Positions 35,271-44,259 of a DNA stretch of 64,000 bases are shown one piece after another. The notes below the pieces were generated by a model. That model was not told the DNA's origin. It was given only the letters and a program-made list of their open reading frames with translations, and made no database searches. Source of the stretch: Spirochaetota bacterium (GTDB taxonomy: Bacteria; Spirochaetota; UBA4802; UBA5550); NCBI GenBank assembly GCA_029564515.1, contig JAKQPV010000102.1:23685-87684 (forward strand), written 5' to 3'. Each line of letters opens with the position of its first letter. Position 1 is the first letter of the stretch. Made by a program: the position numbers and the translations under genes.

Positions 35271-35974
35271 TCGCGTTGTTTGCCGATATCCTGTTCCCGT
35301 CCCGTTGCGCCGGATGCGGACGGCCCGTTTCATCGAGGATGAATTTTCTGTGCGAAGACTGCGCACGCGCAGTACACTTCCTTGACCGATCGTGCCCGGT
35401 CTGCTCGGGCCCTGAACCGGACAATGGGATGTGCGCCGTCTGCTCCGGCCGGCGCTGGTATCTTGACTCGAACATCACCGTGGCTTCATATGATGGCATA
35501 ATGAAAAAGCTCCTCCACGAGCTGAAATTCGGCCGGGTGCGAAAGCTCCATTCGTTCCTGGGCGATCTCGCGTGCGCCGGGCTTGCCGGCCGGGGCATAT
35601 CGGCAGACCTGATAACGTGGGTCCCCATGAACCCGAAAAAACAGAGGGACCGGGGCTTCAACCAGTCCGAGCTGATCGCACGCGTCATGTCGAAGAGGAC
35701 GGGCATCCCCTGCCGCAGCCTGCTTTCAGAGCGGCGCGGCGCGGGTAAGCAGCGGGAACTGGGCCTGCGGGACCGCTTCATCAATATCCTCGGCCGGTAC
35801 GAGGCCGCGTCCGGCGCCTCCCTGTCCGGGCAATCTGTACTCCTTGTCGACGACATTTTTACGACCGGCGCCACGATAAACGAATGCGCCCGCCAGCTCA
35901 GGAATGCCGGCGCCCGGAGCGTAATTTCCCTTACAATGGCCCGGGCGGACATAAAAAGACTTGAAAAAAAATAA
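35267..35974 (+). CDS. ComF-family phosphoribosyltransferase
   Basis: The start overlaps the queC stop (ATGA). Cys pairs 'CAGCG..CEDC..CPVCSG..CAVCSG' and PRTase loop 'LLVDDIFTTGATINE'. Confidence 0.85.
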   Translation: MIALFADILFPSRCAGCGRPVSSRMNFLCEDCARAVHFLDRSCPVCSGPEPDNGMCAVCSGRRWYLDSNITVASYDGIMKKLLHELKFGRVRKLHSFLGDLACAGLAGRGISADLITWVPMNPKKQRDRGFNQSELIARVMSKRTGIPCRSLLSERRGAGKQRELGLRDRFINILGRYEAASGASLSGQSVLLVDDIFTTGATINECARQLRNAGARSVISLTMARADIKRLEKK

Positions 35975-36118
35975 TTTTTATTCTATATTGGATTAACCGC
36001 GAATATATGAATTGACCCCGGCATACTATCGGTATAGAAGGGAACTTCCTGCGTCGATCGACACGATGTCGGCTGCGGTGCTGGATGGCATAAACAATGG
36101 CGGTATGGAGTATATAAC

Positions 36119-36448
36119 ATGAAGAGAAAATCAACTGATAATGTTGAAATTCTTATTCTCGATGGACGCATTGACCAGGAAGGTTCGGAAGAACTCGAGG
36201 GAATGCTCCAGGATTGCCTTGACAAGGGCAAAAACAACATCTGTATCGATATGATGGATGTTAAACATATTTGCAGCTCGGCCCTTGGCGTCCTGGTGGC
36301 CATAAAAAGAAAGATCAAGGACAACGAAGGCGACATCAAGCTCGTTATCGTGAACGATAACCTGTTGAGGCTTTTTGAAACCACCATGCTCGATAAAGTG
36401 TTCGAAATTTTCGAATCCCAGCGCGAGTGCCTATCGACCTTCGACTGA
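36119..36448 (+). CDS. STAS-domain protein (anti-sigma-factor antagonist-like)
   Basis: 109 aa with 'ICIDMMDVKHICSSALGVLVA'. Confidence 0.8.
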   Translation: MKRKSTDNVEILILDGRIDQEGSEELEGMLQDCLDKGKNNICIDMMDVKHICSSALGVLVAIKRKIKDNEGDIKLVIVNDNLLRLFETTMLDKVFEIFESQRECLSTFD

Positions 36449-36462
36449 CAGCGGCGCACGAC

Positions 36463-37437
36463 ATGGGAAAGGACATAAAAACGATATTCGCGCCGCTGAG
36501 CGATTACCTCAAACACGTTGAAAAAGAAATCGAGAACAGGCTGAAGACCGGCGTCCCGATCATAGACGCGAGCTCATTCCACCTTTTTCTCGGCGGCGGC
36601 AAGAGGATCAGGGCATCCCTGGTGATACTGACCAGCGGCCTTCGCGGTCCCGTGCCCGACGGCATCATTCCGCTCGCGGCCGCCACCGAAATAGTCCACG
36701 CCGCCTCCCTCATCCACGACGATATCATTGACCAGTCGATGTTCCGGCGGGGCAACATCACCGTTCCGCAGAAATGGGGCAGCAAGGTCGCCGTTCTGGC
36801 GGGCGATTTCATGTACTCGGTCGCGCTCAACACCGCCATACAGGACGGCAACCCGGCCATCTTCCCCCTCATGGTCAACGGCACCAAGGACATGGTCATG
36901 GGCGAGCTCTGCCAGATCGAGTACTCCAATATTGATACAGCAAAGCGCGAACATTACATGAAAATCATCGAGCTCAAGACGGCGCAATTCATGGCCTCCT
37001 GCTGCAGGCTGGGCGCCGTGAAATCAGGACTTCCTTCCGCTGAATGCGACCAGCTCTACCGGTTCGGCCTGAACCTCGGCTTCGCCTTTCAGATTATCGA
37101 CGACACGCTTGACATCATGCAGAATTCCAAACAGGTCGGCAAGGACGTGGGGAGCGACTTCAAAGACGGGAAAATCACACTTCCCTTCCTCTACCTCATC
37201 GAGAAGGGCGGACCTGCTGAGCTGACGAATCTCAAGCAGTACATAGCGGACCCTGACCCGGGCGCCTGGGACGGGATTAAAAAACGCCTGGCGGATTCGG
37301 GCGCCATCGATTACTCTGTCCGCCTGGCCGGGGATTATATAGACCAGGCCCGCGCCATACTGGGCGGCTACCCGGGTTCAGTTTTTAAAAACATTCTGCT
37401 CGATCTGTCGGAATTTTTGCTCAACAGGACATATTGA
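36463..37437 (+). CDS. Polyprenyl diphosphate synthase (IspB/heptaprenyl-octaprenyl type)
   Basis: FARM 'LIHDDIIDQS' and SARM 'FQIIDDTLDI'. Start at ATG 36463. Confidence 0.9.
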   Translation: MGKDIKTIFAPLSDYLKHVEKEIENRLKTGVPIIDASSFHLFLGGGKRIRASLVILTSGLRGPVPDGIIPLAAATEIVHAASLIHDDIIDQSMFRRGNITVPQKWGSKVAVLAGDFMYSVALNTAIQDGNPAIFPLMVNGTKDMVMGELCQIEYSNIDTAKREHYMKIIELKTAQFMASCCRLGAVKSGLPSAECDQLYRFGLNLGFAFQIIDDTLDIMQNSKQVGKDVGSDFKDGKITLPFLYLIEKGGPAELTNLKQYIADPDPGAWDGIKKRLADSGAIDYSVRLAGDYIDQARAILGGYPGSVFKNILLDLSEFLLNRTY

Positions 37438-37559
37438 GGCCCGGATGACCGCGCGGGCATAGAATTTCAGCCCGCCGCGGGAAAAATTAAGTTGTAATAT
37501 TACGGGCCATGATTATTGTTAGATAGACCTGATCAAACACCGCTGTCCCGGAGAATGTC

Positions 37560-37781
37560 ATGATCACAAAAGAAAAGGAAGATCTTCTGAAATTCTACAA
37601 CATGGGCCTGGTGGCGTACAAGCAGCGGCGATGGGAAGACGCCATTCACGCTTTTGAAAAGGCCCTGGCAATCGATCCCGAAGACGGCCCGTCATCACTC
37701 TATCTCGACCGGTCACGCGGGTTTAAGGAAGATCCGCCGGGCGAAGACTGGGACGGCGTTTTCACGATGACGACAAAATAA
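37560..37781 (+). CDS. 73-aa TPR-like mini-protein resembling the C-terminal tail of class III adenylate cyclases
   Basis: 'YKQRRWEDAIHAFEKALAIDPEDGPSSLYLDRSRGFKEDPPGEDWDGVFTMTTK'. From memory, the '...PP..DWDGV..M..K' ending is recurrent at cyclase C-termini. Confidence 0.5.
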   Translation: MITKEKEDLLKFYNMGLVAYKQRRWEDAIHAFEKALAIDPEDGPSSLYLDRSRGFKEDPPGEDWDGVFTMTTK

Positions 37782-37799
37782 CACACGGCGGACAGGGAT

Positions 37800-38243
37800 A
37801 TGGCTAAAAAGGTTATCCAGATAAACAAAAACCCGGTTTACGATATCGGGATGGTCACTACGGTGTTCAGCAAGGACACCGAGCTCAACGGCGAGCTCTC
37901 TTTTAAAAAATCACTCCAAATAAACGGCACGTTCGAAGGCGAGATCGTGTCAGGCGGATTCCTGGTCGTCGGTGAAGGCGCGGTCGTGAAAGCCAACATC
38001 AGGGCCAAAACGGTCATCATCATCGGCACGGTTTACGGAAACATCGAGGCAACATCGCGCCTCGAGATCCACACCACCGGCAAGCTCTACGGCAATATCA
38101 GGACCGCCAAGCTCCAGATCGCCGATGGCGTCGTTTTCGAGGGCAAATGCGAGATGATCAAGGGAGACCAGAAGAAGACGGACAAGGAATCCGAAGATAA
38201 AGACGAGCCCGGGGCAACCGAGAGCGAAGAAGCCGCCGAATAA
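37800..38243 (+). CDS. Bactofilin (polymer-forming cytoskeletal protein)
   Basis: Repetitive beta-helix pattern 'INGTFEGEIVSGGFLVVGEGAVVKANIRAKTVIIIGTVYGNIEATSRLEIHTTGKLYGNIRTAKLQIADGVVFEG' with an acidic tail. Confidence 0.85.
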   Translation: MAKKVIQINKNPVYDIGMVTTVFSKDTELNGELSFKKSLQINGTFEGEIVSGGFLVVGEGAVVKANIRAKTVIIIGTVYGNIEATSRLEIHTTGKLYGNIRTAKLQIADGVVFEGKCEMIKGDQKKTDKESEDKDEPGATESEEAAE

Positions 38244-38262
38244 TTAATCAGGCAGGCCTGTC

Positions 38263-39267
38263 ATGAATGGCCACGAAGCCTCCTTCTATGAAAAAACAGA
38301 TGACGGGACAGGAACCGTCGGGTGCCGACTCTGCCCCCATAATTGTATAATCCGGAAAGGAAAACATGGCATTTGCGGTGTAAGGAAAAACTGCGACGGC
38401 ACCCTCATCACCGAAATCTACGGCCTCCATACGGCCGTCACCATGGACCCGATCGAGAAAAAACCGCTGTATCACTTCCATCCCGGATCATCGATACTCT
38501 CCATAGGCACTCGCGGATGCAACATGAAATGCCCCTACTGCCAGAACTGGAACATCTCACAGGACACCTCCGCCCACGCGAGCCGCTATTCTTCGATCGA
38601 TATCATCAACCACGCGCTCCGCGAGGGCTCCATCGGCATTGCCTATACCTACTCCGAGCCGGTCATCTGGTACGAATACGTCCTTGACACGGCTGTCCTG
38701 GCACGGGAGAAGCAACTCGTTAACGTGATGGTAACCAACGGCTTCATCAACAGGGAGCCCCTCGAACGGCTCCTCCCCTACATAGACGCGATGAACATAG
38801 ACCTGAAGAGCTTCCGCGAGGAGACCTACCGCACGGTACAGAAGGCAAGACTCGCCGAAGTGCTGGAAACCATCACCTTCGCGCACTCACACGGATGTCA
38901 TGTCGAGTTAACGACGCTGGTCATCCCCGGCATCAACGACTCGATGGAGGAGATGCGTGACATCATCGGTTTCATATCGTCCCTTGATAAACGAATCCCG
39001 TGGCATATATCCCGCTACTACCCGAACTACCGCTACGGCCGCCCGGCGACCGACGTGAAATATCTGACGCAGCTCCACGCCGAAGCCATGGAACGACTGG
39101 ACTTCGTCTACTGCGGCAACGTCCCGTCCGAAGCGGGCGGTCACGACACGATCTGCCCCTCGTGCCACAGAACCGTCATACGCAGGATGGGCTACGCCAC
39201 GCGGATTGAAAAGCTTAAGGGAAGCGCCTGCGCCTCATGCGGACACGAGCTCAATATCGTGCGCTGA
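38263..39267 (+). CDS. AmmeMemoRadiSam-system radical SAM enzyme (PflA-like activase family)
   Basis: 'GCNMKCPYCQNW' (CX3CX2C) and N-terminal 'CRLCPHNCII..GICGVR'. Confidence 0.8.
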   Translation: MNGHEASFYEKTDDGTGTVGCRLCPHNCIIRKGKHGICGVRKNCDGTLITEIYGLHTAVTMDPIEKKPLYHFHPGSSILSIGTRGCNMKCPYCQNWNISQDTSAHASRYSSIDIINHALREGSIGIAYTYSEPVIWYEYVLDTAVLAREKQLVNVMVTNGFINREPLERLLPYIDAMNIDLKSFREETYRTVQKARLAEVLETITFAHSHGCHVELTTLVIPGINDSMEEMRDIIGFISSLDKRIPWHISRYYPNYRYGRPATDVKYLTQLHAEAMERLDFVYCGNVPSEAGGHDTICPSCHRTVIRRMGYATRIEKLKGSACASCGHELNIVR

Positions 39268-39373
39268 ACAACACCCTGCCCTGCTCCGGCCCCCTGTTTT
39301 TTAAGCTGTACCTTTCGCAATTGATGCAGGAAAAGATGTCGACGTGCTCCGAATGGCGGCAAACCGAGGGTAA

Positions 39374-39751
39374 CTACAGTGATGACACCATCTCACAGCA
39401 CGGCTGCTGCGGCTCGAGGAAATAGCGGTTTTTAAATTCAGAAACAGTGGTGATATTGAAATAACGGGTGAGCTTCGCGGTCTCGAACAGCCTCCGGATC
39501 TGGGAATTCAGATCATAGAATACCATCATGATCCCCTTACCCATGGCGTAGTTGAAAAACTTGACGATGCTGCCAATGGCCGACGAGTCCAGTGATTCAA
39601 GCATCAGGCAGTTTATCGCGATCAAGCGCGGCATTTTAACGACCTGTTCGGTCCAGATCCGTTCCACAAGTGATATGCTGTCGATGTTAAAAACACCGTT
39701 CAGATGGATAATAATTGTATCGCCGTATTGTTCGGCATGGAGATCGATCAT
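39374..39751 (-). CDS. STAS-domain protein (anti-sigma-factor antagonist-like)
   Basis: 125 aa with 'AINCLMLESLDSSAIGSIVKF'. Confidence 0.75.
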   Translation of the reverse strand: MIDLHAEQYGDTIIIHLNGVFNIDSISLVERIWTEQVVKMPRLIAINCLMLESLDSSAIGSIVKFFNYAMGKGIMMVFYDLNSQIRRLFETAKLTRYFNITTVSEFKNRYFLEPQQPCCEMVSSL

Positions 39752-40074
39752 TGGACCTTTCCAGCTGACATTTCAGTTCTCATACAAGGATAGGCATGAA
39801 TTGTCAAGAAGTAAATTCCTTGAGCATTGTGCCATAAACTTTTTTCTCACACAACCGATGCAATCATGCGCCAGTTTAAATATAATCCGGGAAATAAACG
39901 TATGCGGCATGTTTGTATACAATTGCCCCGATAACGCACTATACCATCCGTTGGAAATTCGTTTTAATCCGTGGCCTAATGCATCTATTTTACATAATAA
40001 GTAAGCAGATTACGCGACAGGTATTTCCCGCGATAAACCCGTGGTGCATTACCCGGGATGAATCATCCTATAGC

Positions 40075-40105
40075 AAGAAAGCGGCAGGGAATCTGCCGCT
40101 TTCTT
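40075..40105 (-). terminator. 13-bp hairpin just downstream of the Qrc-like operon
   Basis: AAGAAAGCGGCAG-GGAAT-CTGCCGCTTTCTT. It has no clear U-tract on the minus strand. Confidence 0.45.
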
Positions 40106-40131
40106 GTTATCTTGGTATTATTGTTTCTTCT

Positions 40132-41400
40132 TTATTCAGCCGCATGTTCCTTATCATCATGCCCGTGCCCTGCAGCGTGGGGGAAAAGCGGCGTGTACTT
40201 TGCAAACCACATGTATATCAGCACCATCACCGAAAGGCCGCCCAGGAATATAAACCACTCCTGGATGGTCGGATTATACGCCGCAAACGACTTCCAGGGG
40301 AAGTTGGGAACCGACGAGCCGTTCAGCACAACGAACATCTTGTTCAGGAAGAGCGCTCCTGCCGCGCTGCAGATGCCTATCAGGAAGGTTTTCTCCTTTT
40401 CGCGGTTCTTCTTGACGAGGAGCATCGATATCGCGGCAATGAGGAGAATGAACTCAACCGCGAGCATCCAGTACCCGTAATAGCCGCCCATCATGCCGGT
40501 GAACGAACGGTCGAAGAGAGGGGTCCATTTCGAGGCCATGAGACCGACGTCGATAACGCGTGCCAGGAAGTACACCGTGATCATTACCCCGGAGACCTTC
40601 GCGATTGAATGGAACGTTTCTTTCGGAACCACTTCCTTCTTCATCACTTTGCCGGCAATATAGGCGCACAGCGTCATGAACGCTGTGCCGCCAGCAGTCG
40701 CGCCGATGATGACCACGAAGAAGTAAATATGGTGGGCCCTGAACCAGGAGGCCTTTCCATACATGATATCCCACATGCCGCCGCCCAGAGAGCCCTGGTG
40801 GAAGAACGAAAGGAACGTGCCGCCGGCCGCGAAGATCCACATGAGCCGGTGAAGGTAATGGCCGATATACTTCAGCACGGGGATCGCTTCAAGGACCTTG
40901 TGCTTGAGAACTACCGGGACCAGCTCAACGCAGAGAATCATGAAGTAAAGGGTCAGGCACCACACTACCTCCGTCAGCATGGAGATCGGCATCAGGCCGG
41001 GTCCCCAGTTGGGATAGGTATAACCGAACCAGGCCCGGAGGGGCTGGCCGATGTCAAACACGAGAAACACCAGGGTGAAAAGGTAGCACATGAAGCCGAT
41101 CAGGACCGTGGAATTGATGAGCGGCTCCAGCTTGTCGTTGCGGAAGATGTAAAGCAGGAAGCCGGTAGTAAAGGCCCCGCCGCCCAGTCCGACCAGTCCC
41201 AGGTCCCCGATGATCCACTGGCCGAAGGGATACACATTGCTCATGTCGGTGTAGCCCAGACCCCAGAACAGGATCTGTATGCCGAAGATGAGGAAACCAG
41301 CCGTCAAGAAAAAGAGTATGTAGAGCGCTATCCGTACATTCTTTGAATAGCTGTTGAATTCCGTCTTGAGGAAATTGATAAACTTTTTAATAAGGTCCAC
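40132..41400 (-). CDS. NrfD/PsrC-family integral membrane quinone-interacting subunit (QrcD/ActC-like)
   Basis: 422 aa with about 10 hydrophobic helices. It is the last gene of a four-gene redox operon. Confidence 0.85.
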   Translation of the reverse strand: MDLIKKFINFLKTEFNSYSKNVRIALYILFFLTAGFLIFGIQILFWGLGYTDMSNVYPFGQWIIGDLGLVGLGGGAFTTGFLLYIFRNDKLEPLINSTVLIGFMCYLFTLVFLVFDIGQPLRAWFGYTYPNWGPGLMPISMLTEVVWCLTLYFMILCVELVPVVLKHKVLEAIPVLKYIGHYLHRLMWIFAAGGTFLSFFHQGSLGGGMWDIMYGKASWFRAHHIYFFVVIIGATAGGTAFMTLCAYIAGKVMKKEVVPKETFHSIAKVSGVMITVYFLARVIDVGLMASKWTPLFDRSFTGMMGGYYGYWMLAVEFILLIAAISMLLVKKNREKEKTFLIGICSAAGALFLNKMFVVLNGSSVPNFPWKSFAAYNPTIQEWFIFLGGLSVMVLIYMWFAKYTPLFPHAAGHGHDDKEHAAE

Positions 41401-41430
41401 TGTTTTTCTCCTTAATCTGAGTATCGGAGT

Positions 41431-42246
41431 CTATTTAAATTTCATTATTCCCTTGATCCAGGTCTTGCTTGTCAGGTAGAAGACCTTGGGATTGGGATAC
41501 TGTTTCATGTGCATCAGCTTTTCACGGGTCTTTTCGTCCTTATCGTCAATTGTGTGCACGAGACGGAATTTCCGCGCCTTTTCCTTTTCAAGCAGCTGGT
41601 TCAGCTCCGAATTCGGATCGTTCAGGTCCCCGAAGACCATTGCGCCTGTCGGGCAGGAGGCTACGCAGGCCGGCGTGTAAGTGACGGCGTTGATGTCCAG
41701 TACGCCGTTCGCCGCGGCCTTGTCCCGCTCCCTCTTCCAGATGTGGCTGCAGAACTGGCATTTGACCACGGTACCGCGCGACGCGATCGAAACGTCGGGA
41801 TTGAGGGAATTCTTAAATGAGCCTTCATATTTAGGCTTCCACCAGTTAAAGGCGCGCGCCTCGTAGGGGCAGGACGCCTGGCAATACCGGCAGCCGATGC
41901 AGCGCGACCAGACCTGGCTGACGACCCCGTCATCACCCACGTCGGTAGCTACGACCGGGCATACTGAAACGCAGGGCGGTTTCGGGTTCTTGGGATCGTT
42001 CCCTTCGCACTGCTGGCACATCTTCGGGATGTAGCAGACTTCCACATCAGGGTAAGAGGCGTCACGGTCATTGGTGACTTTCATCAAATCGAGGAACTGA
42101 ACACGCTTCGGCAGGTCCGAGTCGTCCTCGAACACCGGCATATTGTTTTCCTGGGCACATGCCATGGCGCAGACGCCGCAGCCGGTGCATTTGTCCAGAT
42201 CTATCGCCATTCCCCATCTTCTGTTCATCTTCATGTCGGTATCCAC
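41431..42246 (-). CDS. Four-cluster [4Fe-4S] ferredoxin-type subunit (QrcC/DmsB-like)
   Basis: Four Cys groups: 'CTGCGVCAMAC', 'CQQCEG..CVSVCP', 'CIGCRYCQASCP' and 'CQFCSH..CVASCP'. Confidence 0.9.
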   Translation of the reverse strand: MDTDMKMNRRWGMAIDLDKCTGCGVCAMACAQENNMPVFEDDSDLPKRVQFLDLMKVTNDRDASYPDVEVCYIPKMCQQCEGNDPKNPKPPCVSVCPVVATDVGDDGVVSQVWSRCIGCRYCQASCPYEARAFNWWKPKYEGSFKNSLNPDVSIASRGTVVKCQFCSHIWKRERDKAAANGVLDINAVTYTPACVASCPTGAMVFGDLNDPNSELNQLLEKEKARKFRLVHTIDDKDEKTREKLMHMKQYPNPKVFYLTSKTWIKGIMKFK

Positions 42247-42249
42247 CTC

Positions 42250-44217
42250 TTAACTGATTTTGACCCTGGTGAGCCACCAGTTGGCGGCCCCGGTCAGGGG
42301 ATCGATATCATTCGTCATAATCTCCTTCGGGTTCACCCCTTTCTCACGGGCGTACCGGGTATATGCCTTGTGGCCGAACCCGAGCGGAATCGCGATCGTT
42401 CCGGGCGCCACCGTATCGGTGAGATGCGCACGGACGCTGCCGATTTCGCCGCGTGACGATTCAATGTCGATCCGCTCGCCCTCGGACACGCCCTGCTCGT
42501 CCGCTGTTTTTCGGTTGATCTGGACCCAGAGCTTGCCCTGCGAATATGTCTTGTCGTCGATCGCTTTTAGCACATAGGGGAACGCCAGTCCGTCGCCGTC
42601 GCCCACGAAGGCCAGCTCTATCGGCACCAGGCTGAGCGGAAACTCGTCCGACGCCTTCAACATCTTTTCCAGAGAGGCGAGATAGTCGTTCAGGACCTTC
42701 GCGTTGAAGTTCGCCGCGCCGGCGCCTGCAGCCGCCCCATAGGTCTTCACCAGGTCTATATATCCGTTCCAGGGAAAGGCCCCTTTCGCGTCGTCGACCT
42801 TTTTGGCCAGCGAGATTATCGCGTCGCCTGCGTGGACCGCTTTCATGTACGGTTTCAGCGGGGCGTCCCCGGTCGCGGAGGCTGTTTCAAGGTAGCTCAG
42901 CGAGGGGAATATATAGTCCGCATACATGGCCGTGTCGTTCAGCAGCGGCATGAACGCGACCACAAATGCGCCTTCCATCTTGTTAATGAGATCGGCGCCG
43001 TACACGCTGCGGTACGCAGGGTCGGCCTCGTTCACGAAGAGCATCTCGAAATTCCCATTCTTGATGAAATCGTCCAGACCCGCGGGCTTTTTCGCGTCCT
43101 TGAGCGAAGCTGCCGCGTCGGCCGAAAGGGCCGGCTCGCCAAGGTCCTGGCTTTTCTTCAGGGTTGCGGCACGCGATCCGACCATGGCATTAAGCGCCTG
43201 CACGGCGAGGAACTCAGCGGACGACGATGAAACGCCGCTTCCGCCGCGGCCCGCCACCGCCACCGGGTTCCCGGCGCGGGCGAAAGCGTCCGCCACATCC
43301 TCGATCTGCTTTGCCTTGAGCCCGGTGATGGCCGCGGTCTTCTCCGGGGTGTACTTTCCGACGATCGCCATCCAGTCCGCGCCGCCGGCCGCCCGGCCTT
43401 TCTTAGCAAGGCAGTTGGCAATGCCCAGCGCCAGGACAATTTCAGTGCCGGGCTTGATGGCCAGCCATGTGTCTGCAATCGACGCCGTGCGGGTACGCAC
43501 CGCGTCGGCCTGCACCAGCTTCGCGCCCTTCTTCTTCCAGGCGACAAAGCTCTTGTTCATCGTGCAGGGTGTGCCCCAGCCTTCAAGGAGGCGCGCTCCG
43601 AAGCTGAGGATGAAGTCCGCATTGTCCAGGTCGTAGTCAACGTAACCGCCCAGGGCCGCCTGGGCAAGCGTGTTCAATGTAGGCTCGTAATATGCGTTGG
43701 CGCTTCCGGAAGCTTTTACAAGCCTGTTCAGGAGCGCTCCGGCGAGGTTGTCATTCTTGCTGATGCCGGCGATCATGTTCCCTTTTTTGGCGCCGATAAG
43801 CTTGTTCATGCGCTTTGCGATGTCGGCAATCGCCTCGTCCCAGGAGACGCGTTCGAATGCAGAGGCCCTGGCAGTTCCCTTCTTGCCGGTCCTCTTCAAA
43901 GGCGAATCGAGCCGTTCGGGATGGTACAGGAGCTGGAGGGCATTCTGGCTGAAAGGACAGCCGCTGTTGGAAGTCTCGATTTTCACCGCCCGGTCGCCAA
44001 TCATCCGTATTGACATATCGCAGGAATTGCGGCATGCACCACAGATAGCCTTCAGGTACTGTTCCGGACCGCCGACAGGGACATGCTGGTCCTGAGTCCA
44101 CTCCACGAGCCACTGCAGTCCGAGGAAGGGTGCGCCGGAAAAAACATAACCCGCGAGGCCGCCGGCGACAGCGCCGCCGCCTAACATCAAGAAATCTTTG
44201 CGTTCTAACTTTTTCAT
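42250..44217 (-). CDS. Molybdopterin-oxidoreductase-family subunit (QrcB/PsrA-like)
   Basis: 655 aa. Tat-like N-terminus 'LERKDFLMLGGGAVAGG' (an RK variant). FS0 Cys group 'CGACRNSCDMS..NSGCP'. Confidence 0.85.
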   Translation of the reverse strand: MKKLERKDFLMLGGGAVAGGLAGYVFSGAPFLGLQWLVEWTQDQHVPVGGPEQYLKAICGACRNSCDMSIRMIGDRAVKIETSNSGCPFSQNALQLLYHPERLDSPLKRTGKKGTARASAFERVSWDEAIADIAKRMNKLIGAKKGNMIAGISKNDNLAGALLNRLVKASGSANAYYEPTLNTLAQAALGGYVDYDLDNADFILSFGARLLEGWGTPCTMNKSFVAWKKKGAKLVQADAVRTRTASIADTWLAIKPGTEIVLALGIANCLAKKGRAAGGADWMAIVGKYTPEKTAAITGLKAKQIEDVADAFARAGNPVAVAGRGGSGVSSSSAEFLAVQALNAMVGSRAATLKKSQDLGEPALSADAAASLKDAKKPAGLDDFIKNGNFEMLFVNEADPAYRSVYGADLINKMEGAFVVAFMPLLNDTAMYADYIFPSLSYLETASATGDAPLKPYMKAVHAGDAIISLAKKVDDAKGAFPWNGYIDLVKTYGAAAGAGAANFNAKVLNDYLASLEKMLKASDEFPLSLVPIELAFVGDGDGLAFPYVLKAIDDKTYSQGKLWVQINRKTADEQGVSEGERIDIESSRGEIGSVRAHLTDTVAPGTIAIPLGFGHKAYTRYAREKGVNPKEIMTNDIDPLTGAANWWLTRVKIS

Positions 44218-44259
44218 GGATAATCCTTCTCCTCTCAGAAGTTTCGTGATTTCAGGCCA

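Noticed and set aside
42250-44217. Calling the molybdopterin-family subunit a specific reductase (polysulfide, thiosulfate or tetrathionate)
   Set aside because: I cannot identify the Mo-ligand residue or substrate-specific motifs by eye. Operon composition fits Qrc better, so I kept the call at family level.
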